Origin: Macrostomum lignano | Taxonomy: Eukaryota | Reading direction: 5' to 3' | DNA length: 64,000 nucleotides | Assembly (NCBI GenBank): GCA_002269645.1 | Contig: NIVC01001982.1 | Coordinates: 124,001 to 188,000, forward strand | Part shown: positions 1-11,103 of the stretch, piece after piece | Numbering within the stretch: position 1 is the stretch's first letter | How the letters are laid out: each line of letters begins with the position of its first letter | Notes under the pieces: generated by a model | Told to the model about the DNA's origin: nothing | What the model saw: the letters and a program-made list of their open reading frames with translations, nothing else | Database searches by the model: none | Translations under genes and position numbers: made by a program

Positions 1-521
1 GACGCACCGCTCTTCGCCGCGCGCCGGTCGCGATCATGCGTCAGCCCTGTCATCTGATCCCGTCTACCATCCACGAAGTTCGGGATGAGCAGAGGGCGTC
101 GAGCCGGCCGCGCCTTCGCTGAAAGCGAGCCAAAAAGTGCCGAAATCGGGTCGACCTCTTCAGCTGTGGCGGCGGCATGCAGACCGATTTCCTGCCGGAG
201 TTGCGCCTCTCGCTTCTTCAGTTTTAGCAGCTCGATCCGCGACCTAGCTTGCTGAATTTCGCTATCAAGTCGGCTCTCTTGGGCAATGTTCGTGGCGACC
301 GTGGCGTCAATATTCTCCGATTCTTCCCCGTTCAGCAGCTGATTTATCGCAGTATCTGCTTCGTCCCCTTCTGCATAGTCTGGGACTTCGGCGTCGCCTG
401 GCTGTGGTGGAGCAGCTTGAAGCCGCTCAACAAGCTCTTGCTTGTTTCCCGAAACCGGTAGGCCATTGTCTCTTAGGGCCACTCGCAGTTGGGCTACTGT
501 TAACCGGTTTAGGTCAGAAAT
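1..521 (-). CDS. Partial ORF with N-terminal SAP domain and coiled coil; probable ORF1/gag-like gene of a retroelement (runs off the left edge)
   Basis: My translation of the minus strand is open from 521 to the edge: (I)SDLNRLTVAQLRVALRDNGLPVSGNKQELVERLQ (SAP consensus LTVxELKxxLRxxGLPxSGxKxELVERL), acidic linker, EIQQARSRIELLKLKKREAQLRQE (coiled coil), RRPLLIPNFV. The putative start reads GCACC-ATT, where ATG would be expected. Confidence 0.65.
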   Translation of the reverse strand, partial: MSDLNRLTVAQLRVALRDNGLPVSGNKQELVERLQAAPPQPGDAEVPDYAEGDEADTAINQLLNGEESENIDATVATNIAQESRLDSEIQQARSRIELLKLKKREAQLRQEIGLHAAATAEEVDPISALFGSLSAKARPARRPLLIPNFVDGRRDQMTGLTHDRDRRAAKSGA

Positions 522-1089
522 GGTGCCAGATGAAAAAATCTTAGAGCTAAAAAAATTGAGCTCATGCAGGCAGCCGAAAAACGCAGATTCAACTGAGTGA
601 GACGCCAATAAAAGGGGCGACGGCGCAGAGGCTAAAGCCCACCCCACCAGGCCACCACCCCACGCACGCAGAGCCAAGCACCCCCCCCCCCACACAGCAC
701 GGACAGAGGGAGAGGGGTTTAAAACTGGTTATTGACTAGTCAAGACCAGTCACAAACCAACGCAGTAGTTATAGCTAAATGTTATAATGTTATTCGTCTT
801 CTTTGATCTGCGTCCGCATTCCATATTAGCTAAAAGTCTGTTGTACAGTGAGCAAACACTGTGACATAGCTCGCATTTAAAGATAAGGAGAGATAAGGAC
901 CGACTTTTCACTTTATGAACAGCTCAATTTGCTTTTTATTTGTGCAGAACTCCAGACCTAGGTCTTTAACTAGTCAATATTTCAACACAATACCTTTCGA
1001 CATTGGAGTTGTTGCAGCGAATTATTGCAGGGCTGTCTGCCTAATTTTGGTCCTTCTTTAGCGGCGGCGAGCCAATCAAGGAGGTTGCA

Positions 1090-2207
1090 ATGGAGCCCAA
1101 AAATGCTGCAATCATTTCCGCAATTGAAGCCAACGAAATTCAAGCCGTTGAGAAGTACATATCTTGTGGACACAATATTGACACCTTTTACACTTGGAAT
1201 GAATCCGAGATCACACTAGTTATGTTTGCGAGCTGCTTAGGGAGGGACAAAATCTTGCTAAGACTTGCTCAGGAGAACTTGAATATCGACCAGAGAAACT
1301 GCGATGGATCCTCTGCACTTCACCTCGCTTCAGAGCACGGCCAACATCTGGCGGTTCGGACGCTGATCAAAGCTGGAGCTGACGTCGATCTACAAAACAA
1401 CGACGGTGAGACGCCTCTCTACATCGGATCAAAATTTGGTTGCTACCGGGTGGTTCAACTGCTCCTTCAAGCAGAAGCTAACGTCAATCTTCAACGAAGA
1501 ACTGGTGCCTCACCTCTGTACATTGCATCCTGCAACGGTCATCATATCGTAGTCGATTTGCTCATCAAGGAAATGGCCGACGTCAATCTTCAGCGAATGC
1601 CTGGTGAAGCACCTATCTACATCGCATCACAGTACGGTCATCTCGACGTGGTCAATTCGCTCATCAAAGCAGGTGCCGATGTCAATCTTCAACGCAGAAC
1701 TGGTTCTTCACCTCTTTTCATTGCATCTCGCTTTGGTCGTAATAAGGTGGTCTACTCGCTTATTGAAGCACAAGCCGACGTCAACCTTCAACAAGACAAT
1801 GGCGAGTCACCTCTCTACATTGCATCCCGTAACGGTCACCATCTTGTAGTGGACTCACTCATCAAAGCGCAAGCCGACGTCAGCCTTCGTCGAGACACCG
1901 GCGAGTCGCCTCTTTACATTGCAGCTCAGCAAGGCCGCCATCTCGTAGCTAAATTGCTCATTGATGCTCAACCCGGCGTCAATGTTGAAATTAGCTCAGG
2001 CAAGTCGCTTCTCTACATTGCCTCACAAAATGACCACTATCTCATCGTCGAGTTGCTGCTCAGCTCCCACATAATCGACGACTCTCAGCATTCGATTCAA
2101 TCGGCTCTTGAGCGCGCTCGGGACTTTGGTAGCGAAAAATCTGTAGAGATTTTGCAGCGTGCACTGCATGGCAATCGGGGAGCAAGCCTGCAACCACCAA
2201 ATAAAAG
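1090..2207 (+). CDS. Exon 1 of ANK-cGLR gene: about 9-10 ankyrin repeats
   Basis: 33-aa repeats of the form GxSPLYIASxxGHxxVVxxLIxAxADVNLQ. The exon ends at AG|GTATG (2207/2208), phase 2. Confidence 0.9.
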
Positions 2208-2806
2208 GTATGTGCTCGACTCAAGAACTGTTTTGTTGCGAAAAGGAGATCATTTGAATTCAGTTAATTTAACATAAAGTTGCAAGTTCCTTTGTTTCGA
2301 GAAAAATAATGGGTAAAGCAAAAAGTTCTGGTGGTTTTTGAAGCCTTCAATGAAATCAAGTACTTAAAGTTAATGTAATGGTACTGTAGCACAGTAGCTG
2401 AAACTTCAATTTGGGTTGCTCTGCATCAGTCAAAGACATTTGTATACCTCTGCACACCAAACCTTCTGGAAGCCTTTAGAAATTTATGTACGAGCCGAGC
2501 CGTAGGCTTACAAACCGTAACTTTGGAAACCGCGAGAACTTTCTGTATATCATGAATATATAATGCAAAATAATTAAACTCCCTCAGATCGTAAAAGGCA
2601 GCCAAATGTGCCCTACACCCTATTATATGCCCAGCAAACTTTTAACAAAATGAGGAATTGTAACAACTGCCACCGCAAAAATATTTTTACTTAACGATTG
2701 CTCCTGGTTCACATGCAGTGTAAAATAATATTGATAGCTTTAATCCCTTTCACAAAATAAATTTTCCGCATAGTATGCACTAAAAGTTACGAAACTCTTC
2801 ATTCAG

Positions 2807-3159
2807 AGCTCCTATCAGCGACTCGGACCTCAGCCAGCAGCTGCACTCGAAGCTCTCTCGGTCAGGATTCTTGGACTCGAGAGCCGCCTTGCAGAGCGCT
2901 GTGGCTGATGTCCTGCAGGATATTCTGAGGAAAAGGCATAAGAAGGACAATTATTATTTGGTGGGCAGCTTCTCCGAGGGGGGCTGGGGGAACAGCCTGG
3001 TCTCGCTGGATGGCAGAACTGGCGTGGAGTCCGACATCGACGCCATGCAGCTGCACAGAGGCATCTCGCTGCACCCGAAGGATGTGTGCGAGTGCTCTGA
3101 AGAGACGGCTGCTGAGACTTTGAAGTACAGCAATGGACACGTATTCTGCCCTGGTTTCG
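2807..3159 (+). CDS. Exon 2 of ANK-cGLR gene: nucleotidyltransferase catalytic core
   Basis: Acceptor ttcAG|A at 2807 joins exon 1 in frame (NK-R-APISDSDLSQQLHSKLSRSGF). Motifs YYLVGSFSEG (GS, 2964-2969) and SDIDAM (DxD, 3033-3041). Donor G|GTGAG at 3159/3160. Confidence 0.85.
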
Positions 3160-3389
3160 GTGAGAGTCGCTTGTTCAACTACCCGGCATTCTCAGGAATA
3201 AAAGTAATAAAGGATAGCTCAATAAATGATTGGCATGCTCCATAAAACACGGGAGGAAGATGATATTAACACAGTAGTTCGTCCTAAACTGCGGCAACTT
3301 CATTATTAGGAAGAATAAAAAATTATAAGAGAGATTTACAAAAAATGTAATTTTTAACGCTCTTTACACTCGCAAAACTACGCTTGCAG

Positions 3390-4813
3390 CATCCAGGCCA
3401 GCTACTCAGTACAATGGCTCCATTCTGAGACCGGCTGTAGACATTGTTGAGGCCCGCCGCCTCTGCCGCTACCCGCCCATCGCGCCACTTGCCACCAACA
3501 GAGTCTCCAACATCCCCAAGTCCGTTTTGCGTTTGCTACAGCACGTTCTCACCTCTGCCTCATCGCCCTGTCACGTGGTGCACGCAGCGCCTCCCGGATA
3601 AGAAGGCCAGCAGCTCCGAGTGAGCACCAGCTTCCTGGAGAGGCGGCTGCTGCGGAGTCTCACCACTCTGCAGGGCCAGCTGTTCGTCACGCTCAAGTGG
3701 CTGCTGAAGAAGGCCGTCCGACACAACGGCTTCAAGTCGTATCACGCAAAAACCATCGCGTTCCGAATGCTCGACCAGACACCGGTTGAGCAGTGGAACG
3801 ACCCCCGGAATCTCGTGAGTCTCACCAGACGCTCGCTGCAGATGCTTGAGAGCGACTGCAGATCAGGCCGACATGACGCCAGGATCATGGACCACTTCTT
3901 CCTTCGCGATGCCGCTGTGTACCTGAGAGGCGTGGACACCACATCAGTTGAGAAGTTGACTCAAGCGTTGAATGAGGCAGCCGATGCAGTGAGAGAGGCG
4001 ATCGATAGGCTGCCTGAACTGCTGCTGGAGTTCGAGCACAGCCTGCGACCCGTCACCGACTCGGGCCGATTCCACTTCCACCCTTTCCTCATTCTGCCGC
4101 TCATGCAGTTTGATAAACCGGTGTCAACGGCGAAGACCTGCGAGTACCACGAGATCTACGACATCGTGAGAGAGTCGCTTCTCGGAGTGTCGGACCAAGA
4201 CCGAAGCACAGAGTCCCGACAGCCTCTCTCGGAGCTGATCGGCAAGCTGCCAGACTGCGCCCGCTCGGCACGAGAGTCTCTCAGAGCGCTGAGCTACCTG
4301 AAGTTCGGCGACCGAGAGGCTGCAGCGAAGGTCGTGAGCGACTGCGGGCCGTCCAGTGCAAGCAGAGGCATCGACTGGCCCGCTGAGAGGTCGGCGAGTG
4401 AGGCGACTACGGAATTCGTGAGGGAGCACCTGACGAGCCGAGACTCGGCGTGGAAGTTCTGCTTCTGGCTTCGCAAGCGGCCTAAGCTACCGATTGCAGA
4501 TAGCACTGCTGTTATCCTCAATTACATCCCGCTTGAATTAGAGAACTACAACACCTACTTCTTTGTAAACTTCGACGCTCTGCTGCAAGCGCTCCGCTTT
4601 GAGTTGTTGGGTACAGGAGACTCAGATGCTCAACGCTGGATCCGGCATGTGGCTCACATGGAATATGCAGACGAGCAGGAGCTGGTGGTTGCTGCAGCGA
4701 ATTGACAAGATGTGGAGCTGCTGCGGCTGCTGTTGAGAAAAAGCACGAAGATGTTCGGCGATGTGCCTCAGTGGCTGGAGGACAAATTTCAGCAGCAGAA
4801 AAAAACGCGCTGA
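3390..4813 (+). pseudogene. Exon 3 of ANK-cGLR gene: Mab-21 C-terminal domain plus helical tail, with two in-frame stops
   Basis: Acceptor ttgcAG|CA is in phase with exon 2. Third acidic residue VDIV at 3440. Mab-21 motifs [37 protein letters not shown]...NL. In-frame TAA at 3599-3601 and TGA at 4703-4705. The frame continues QDVELLRLLLRK... to TGA 4811-4813. Confidence 0.8.
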
Positions 4814-5325
4814 GTCATCAAAAGTCCGCGAGATCACAGCAGATTGCTGAAATCAGGCAGCTAAAATTGCTTTCGTGAACATTCATCGGTAAACTTTACT
4901 TGATGTAATGTACGTAGATTGTAGTATACTGGTAAATGAAATTTGTGCTCAACACCATCGAAAAGTCGCCATCATAGCAGATTCCATCTGTAGTCGCCAC
5001 TTTTGAGAGTGCAGGTTAAGTCTCTCGATCTTTGCCAGTGACGCAACTCAGCTACGCCAAGCGGAAGAATTGAGTTGCAGAATGAAGTGGGGGGAGCGGT
5101 GTGCGAGGGTTGGACGGATTAAAGCTACCCCGATAGTTTTCTCGTATTTTTTATTTTAGAATTGTCCAAGAGAAATTGTTCACTGGCGCCTGTTCTAGTA
5201 AGAATCGTAAAAATAAGAATGCGAGCACTGGAATTTTTGGCTAAGCGACAGGCATCGTCAGGCTCCTAATGAATTGGAACCGATGTATTTATATATATAT
5301 ACTCAACAGTCAATGAAGATGAATT

Positions 5326-5718
5326 TTTCTCACTTATTGCGAGTGACGCAACTTACGGTAAGCGCGAAGCTTATTGCCACTTGTGTTTATCTAAGCATTC
5401 AAAAAGATAGTCCGCTAGAGAATGCTGCGAAGCTGCGTCATGCCATTGAAAACGCTTGGCAGCAGCTTCCCCAGGACTTTCTGCGCCGCCTCATCCTGGG
5501 GATGCCCTGCAGAGTCGCCGCAATTTGCACGCAAGGGGATCCCACACGCGTTATTAAGCATCGCGATTCTAATTGCATTTTGTATAAAAAATAAACTTAT
5601 GATTTTGTGCGACTGACGTTTATTATTGATTCAGTCAACTTTTCCCTCCTCGTGGCGGCTTAGTTGCGTAACTTGGGGGTTGAATTGTGAGTGAGAAGTT
5701 GTCGCAATTAGTGAGAAA
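5326..5718 (+). mobile_element. Tc1/mariner relic (transposase C-terminus between short inverted repeats)
   Basis: LRHAIENAWQQLPQDFLRRLILGMPCRVAAICTQGDPTR resembles the Tc1 C-terminal pattern L..AW..IP...I..L..SMP.R..A....G..T. Inverted pair tttctcacttattgcga (5326) / tcgcaattagtgagaaa (5702-5718). Confidence 0.55.
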
Positions 5719-7463
5719 GGCTTGGTGCACAGTGCGGCCAAGGACTTACTTTATTACTTAATTTAGTCGTCCTTGAGTGCGGCAACGAAGAGGAAGAGAT
5801 ATGGAATTAGAGAGCGAGAGGAGCTCGTGCTCTAGGAGGGCACTGACATCACGATTGACAAGTTGCTTTTTCAGGATTTGTTTACGTGATTTTATGTACT
5901 TACGGGCCTCAAACACTTTTTAGTCTGTACTCATTTGAGCACTTATTGAATGGTAGAAATTTTTTATCATATTGGCTGTCTTTGCTTTTTTGCGATAGTG
6001 CAATGTGTGAATACTTATAAATGTTTTTCATTTTTTACTGTCATGTGGAACTTATTTTTTGCTCCTTCGTATATACTTTTATTTTAAGTCTTAGTTTTTG
6101 AGTTTTTTATTTTAACAATTTTATTTAATTTTTTAAATCATTAAAGCCATCTCCACAGATTCAAATTTGCTTTCGCTCTTTAAGCCATATATGGCAAGGT
6201 TTTGAAGTATGGTGCTTTTTTCTGATAATCCAGCAGTCTCCTGGGCTAACAAAAGTTGAAAATATAAGGCCCACATGCTGCTTGATGCTGGCGCCCCCGT
6301 GGCCTTCGTTGGCGACCTGGCTCAGAGGCGCGCCTGTGACGCTGCTTTTTAAAGACTCAATTGTTTTTATTGTTTTTGTACTCTAATGACAGTAATAGAT
6401 TTAATGATAGAATAATGAGATTTACAAGTACCTGCTCAATAAATTTAATAAGAAAGAACAAAGTACGCAAAAGGAAAAGAATTTAACTTCTAATCCAGTC
6501 ATCAAAATTTCATACTTTGGTGCTGGGAGCAGGGAGAGGCAGCAGTATGCACCTCAGAATTTTTTAGTTCTATCGACTGTGTAATTTTAATGTTTTCCAA
6601 TACTAGCTTTTTGGTAACCTGTTGGTCTCACTAATACGAGCATATTTTATTCTACCTGACGATGCTGTATGTTCAGCGAAACATGTCGTACAAATAAAGT
6701 TTTACTTTTATTCGCCATCAATATCCACAAATACTCGAAAAAGAAATTTTTTGTCGGCTTTGTCTTTCTAAGCTTACGAGTTGTATTAAAGAAAAGTAGC
6801 CTGCCTCAAATCCAAATGATATCTTTGTAAAGTTCCACGTCCTTGAACATGTAGCATTCAGACAAACTTACAATATATATCTACTAGCTTAAACGGACAA
6901 CTTTGAATCGACAAATTTGCCTACTCGCATCGAAATTCTTGCAGAGGGTGTTCATGTACTTCTGGGTTTTTTCATTTGTCCCGTAGCTCAGAACTAAAGG
7001 AGTAGCAAGTAAACTAACATAAGTTAAATAAACTAACTTAATAATAGTTTTGAAACCGAAAGTCATCAAACAGAGTGTATTTTTTGCATTGTAAAATGGT
7101 ACGTCGTACATAAAAGGTTTGTGGAATGAAAATAGGTGCAAATAACAAATCATTTATAACGTAAGTTGAATAAATATTCTTAAGAAAAAAAACTTGTTTA
7201 TCAATAAAAAAACTTACGAATTCGATTTCTGAGTCAAAAACTGTACCGCAGTTACTTACACTTTAAGTAGCTACACGTTCGACATTCGCCAACCTATCCG
7301 ACGTACTCAACGTCAATGGACGTCGCTTCCAAGCGGATACTTTTATATTACACCGACAGTCAGTCGATGAATGTCGTAACTTGTCGAAGTAACGTCAAAG
7401 TGCCCGTTGTTACCATTCGCGAAGACGGTCAATCTTTAAATTCCAAAATATATGGACGTCTAT

Positions 7464-7795
7464 CTAGGCTGACGCCTTGGCGGTGGAAGCGGAACTCGAA
7501 GAAGTCTTAGTGGACGTCGACTTTGACTTCGACGAGTTGGACTTTTTGCTTGACGTCGTCTTTGCAGCTGGCGGCGCCTTTAAGGCCCCCGCAGCTGACC
7601 ATCTTTGTCGCTCAAGACCGTCGACGCAGTCTTTGTGCCTGGCGGCCAGCTGCTGCGCGCTGCTTCTCACCTCCGATGGGGTCATGTGATCCTGGCGCTT
7701 GATCCAGGCGGTGACCGTTCTGCAAGCGAGTTGTAGCGCGAGTGGGTACTCATGAGTATAATGACAATAGTTTTCAACTTCAGACACCACGGACA
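7464..7795 (-). CDS. Possible terminal exon of the vWA gene or of another gene
   Basis: Open GC-rich frame (HEYPLALQLACRTVTAWIKRQDHM...Ser/Lys-rich tail) with acceptor tttAG at 7797-7796. Its phase does not match the donor at 8063, so the link is unproven. Confidence 0.4.
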
Positions 7796-8058
7796 CTAAA
7801 TTTTAAGGCTACGTTCGTCAAGCCACTAGCCACCCCTCCCAAATCCTCAGTTTCTGGGCCAGCCTCCCAAATCCTCAGTTGCTGTGCCAGCCTTCCAAAT
7901 CCTCAGTTGCTGGGCCACCCTAGTAGGTCCTCAGCTGCTGGGACAAAGACACCCTCCAGAAGTCCTTTGCTCACGGACAGACGTCCATGACGCCCCCGGA
8001 CTGCGCTTATACTATAGCAGATCTTAGACATTTGCGACAAATCCATTTCATTGTCAAC

Positions 8059-9456
8059 TCACGGCTCTGATGAGCTGAACCGAACGCTTCGCTGCAGTCC
8101 GCCGCCACCGCTTCCATCTCCGACCACTTGGATGCCTCTGTCGCCGCACGGAGTGACTCGCCTCACCCGGCAGGGCCGCTCCTCTGTCGGCACCGAGGGC
8201 GGCGTAACGTAGCGGCGTCGACTTTCGCGCGATGGCTCGTCTGGCGGCGTGGCAGTAATGCGACGTCGGCCACCGAATCGACTGTCGGGCGTCTCTTCGA
8301 CGCTTACGGCGGCAGCGGCTGTGGAGCCGCGAGTTTCAGCCATGCGCGCCAGTCGAGCGGCCTTGGCAGACTCCTCGTCTGCTCGAGAGCGCAACAGTGC
8401 ATCTGCGCGTTCCGCCGACACGGCGCGTCTGTGCTCGTAAATTCGATGTTGACGAGTCTCGAGTTCCAAGTCGCCCCGGCCGAGACACGAGCCGATCTCA
8501 AGTGGCCGTCGGTTGTACATATTGGCCGAACGCACCGTCCATCTGGAAGATGGCCGATGGCCCGAGTAGCCGCAGGAGAAGCCGTTCTCCGAAGCCCAGT
8601 TGGTGCTCGCCCCGACAGCAAACGATCGCTGCTTTGACGGCGCCGGCGGTGGCTTCTTCAGAATCGACTTTGTCGGCGCTGTGCGACTCTTTGACTTAAC
8701 AGCTGGAGCTTCTGGTCCCACAGAGGCGTCGACAAAGCGCCTGTCGAAGTCGGCAATCAGCTGGTCGGCGCGCCGATCCGTATCGTCTGGCCACTGTTCG
8801 AACTCGTCGTATTCTGCCGAGTCGTAGAGCATCCGGCCGCCATCAACGCTTCCGCTGCGGTGAGATCGAGCCGGAACAGCTTCCGGAAGCATGCGACCTG
8901 GTGGCCAAACCGGCCGCACTGCTTCGAATTCGTCTGGATTCCTGAGCGGCCGCGTAGCCAAATAGCCCGGACGAGTCGCCTCCGGGTACTCGGGCGTCCA
9001 GTCGGCCAGGGCGAGCCGCTCCCGCCTTGGCATGACGGCCTCGAGCTGCAGTCGGTGGTACATCGAGTGGCTGATACGAACTGCCTTTCCCGGCTCCGCC
9101 ACGCAGCTCGCGCCGTCCGTGAAAGCGACGGCCAACGGTCGCACGCCACCACCGCCTTTGCAGTCGTCGACGCTGTCGTCTGGTTGGTCTTCGACGCGAT
9201 CTCCTGCTGCTGCTTGTCTCCGACGCAGCTCGTAGCCGTCCAGCACGATTGCAGGCCCATAGTCGGGTCTGTTGGGGCCGCGCGGCGCCAGGACGCAGTC
9301 TCCTGGGAGCAGTTGTCGGCGCAGCGCGTCGTCCAGGGCGATAAGCTCGCCAACCGGAGTAATTTGGTACTCGGTGTCTGAGAAGCCTTCTTTTCCAGCA
9401 CGGTTTTTGGGTCTGTTTGTCTGCAGTTCTACGTTGAATTGGCCGGGAGTTGATGC
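8059..9456 (-). CDS. Exon 2 of vWA/DUF4537-like gene (Tudor-like repeat, then long low-complexity region)
   Basis: Acceptor cgcAG|GCA at 9456 is in frame with ORF 8059..9246: ASTPGQFNVEL...QITPVGELIALDDALRRQLLPGDCVLAPRGPNRPDYGPAIVLDGYE. Confidence 0.7.
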   Translation of the reverse strand, partial: ASTPGQFNVELQTNRPKNRAGKEGFSDTEYQITPVGELIALDDALRRQLLPGDCVLAPRGPNRPDYGPAIVLDGYELRRRQAAAGDRVEDQPDDSVDDCKGGGGVRPLAVAFTDGASCVAEPGKAVRISHSMYHRLQLEAVMPRRERLALADWTPEYPEATRPGYLATRPLRNPDEFEAVRPVWPPGRMLPEAVPARSHRSGSVDGGRMLYDSAEYDEFEQWPDDTDRRADQLIADFDRRFVDASVGPEAPAVKSKSRTAPTKSILKKPPPAPSKQRSFAVGASTNWASENGFSCGYSGHRPSSRWTVRSANMYNRRPLEIGSCLGRGDLELETRQHRIYEHRRAVSAERADALLRSRADEESAKAARLARMAETRGSTAAAAVSVEETPDSRFGGRRRITATPPDEPSRESRRRYVTPPSVPTEERPCRVRRVTPCGDRGIQVVGDGSGGGGLQRSVRFSSSEP

Positions 9457-9737
9457 CTGCGTAATGGATGCAATGAATGTACACGTTATACGAGTATTCT
9501 CGTATTATACGAGTTTTAAAACTACAGACATTTTTTCTCGTAAGAAATCGTCTATTTAGACGTATGTCTGAAATCGAAGTTAGAAAATTCTTTATTAAAA
9601 TATCGAGATTCAGGCGCGTTACTGATTCCCATCGGTATCAGTAGGAAATTTTCTACTGAAATTCTAGCTTCTCTAATTAGACTATTAGAGGTACTCTATT
9701 GAAGACAGAAAATACTTTTAAGGAAAAATTTGCTCAC

Positions 9738-10733
9738 CTCTGATATGACGGTGCCCTCATAGAAGAGTCCGTCCGACCGTCTCCTTGCCAACACTCGACG
9801 TCCCAGCAGGCTGACTCCAGCAATTGAAGGCGGCGGTGATCTGGGCGGCGAGGCGCCTCGTTCTGCGGCTCGAACTCTTGGCCGACTAGCCTGAAACTTG
9901 CTCCAGCTGCCGCCCCAGTGAGTCCCTGGCGGGCCTTGGTTTGAATACACAAACCGCCAGCCGTCTCTGTCCTCGCCTTCGAATAGCAGAGCCGGAGCGT
10001 CTAGCAGCGGGTCACAGCGCAGCGAAGCTGTCACCGAGCAGAGTTTCCCACCGTTAATGGCAGGTGGAACCTGTTGACCGCCAGGACGGCCCCAGCGAGT
10101 CGCTGGCGGAGCCGTCCGAGCAACCGGAGCTACCCGTTCGATGACACCTCGATGGCTGACGTTGGCAACTGTCAACGAACCGCCGGTAGCGCCGGCAATC
10201 TGCTGGAGCTCGGCCATCAAACCCGGCTGCGGCGTCAGCTCCGACTCTTTGGGGTAGACGCAGTGCACCGGCAGCGGCAGCGAGGACATCTCCGAAGATG
10301 TCAGGGTGGCCTCTGGCAAACTGTCTGTCACGAGGCAAACGGACGATGCGCCGGAATTTTTTGCCTCAACGGAGGCGGTGGTCAGCGCGGCTCGGGTGTC
10401 CGAGCAGCAACCGGACGTGCCGCCAATCGAAAGCCATCTGTCCGCGTCGACAATGGCTGCGGGTGTGCAGTCCACCATGCCCTCAGACCAGCGCTGCAGA
10501 GAGCCAGCGCCAAATCTGATCAAATTGAATCGGCGCGAACTGCCCGACCATCGGTTGAGCAGCTCTACTAGCTCGGAGCGGACGGCTGGCAGCTTAGAGT
10601 GCATGCTGCCCGAGGTGTCAATGCAGAATAGCACGCCTCCGCTATTGCCGCCGCCGTTGTAACAGACAGTGTCGACACTGTCGAATATTGTTGGTGAAGT
10701 GACGGCTGGCGCAGCATGCGATGCGGTAGGCAT
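9738..10733 (-). CDS. Exon 1 of vWA-domain + DUF4537-like protein (VWA3B/C11orf16-like)
   Basis: MIDAS motif VLFCIDTSGSMHSKL, FNLIRF, SDTRAAL, LVTDSLP. It ends LLGRRVLARRRSDGLFYEGTVISE|GTGAG (phase 0), the start of a DUF4537-type domain. Confidence 0.8.
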
Positions 10734-10955
10734 TGTTACTGGGGCGACTGCAAAAATTAATGTTTTTTAAGCATGTGATTTAATATTTTATTGATTTCTT
10801 TAACATCAGTAGCCCACATCAATCCCCGCGGAATCATTTAAAAGCGCTAGCGGCAGAAGTCCAGTTTTGATATACGAACGTATTTGGGCCAAAGGCTACT
10901 TTGTTTAATTGATTCTTCAGTGCTTTTTTCATTTTTCTGTCAGAAAAGTAAAGGC

Positions 10956-11103
10956 CTCGCAATGGAATGTTCTCTGAGTACCCTGTGGCTTGGCAACTCA
11001 AATGTCAGTGATCAAACCTAAAACTTTTTCGTTAAAATTCTCATAGCATATGGTGAAGTGAGTTGCCAAGCCGCATAGTACGCAGAGAAGATTCCATTGC
11101 GAG
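10956..11103. repeat. 45-bp imperfect inverted repeat with 58-bp spacer (MITE-like/foldback)
   Basis: ctcgcaatggaatgttctctgagtaccctgtggcttggcaactca (10956-11000) versus tgagttgccaagccgcatagtacgcagagaagattccattgcgag (11059-11103). Confidence 0.8.

Noticed and set aside
8128-10662. Many overlapping plus-strand and alternative-frame ORFs
   Set aside because: Shadow ORFs of GC-rich exons of the minus-strand vWA gene.
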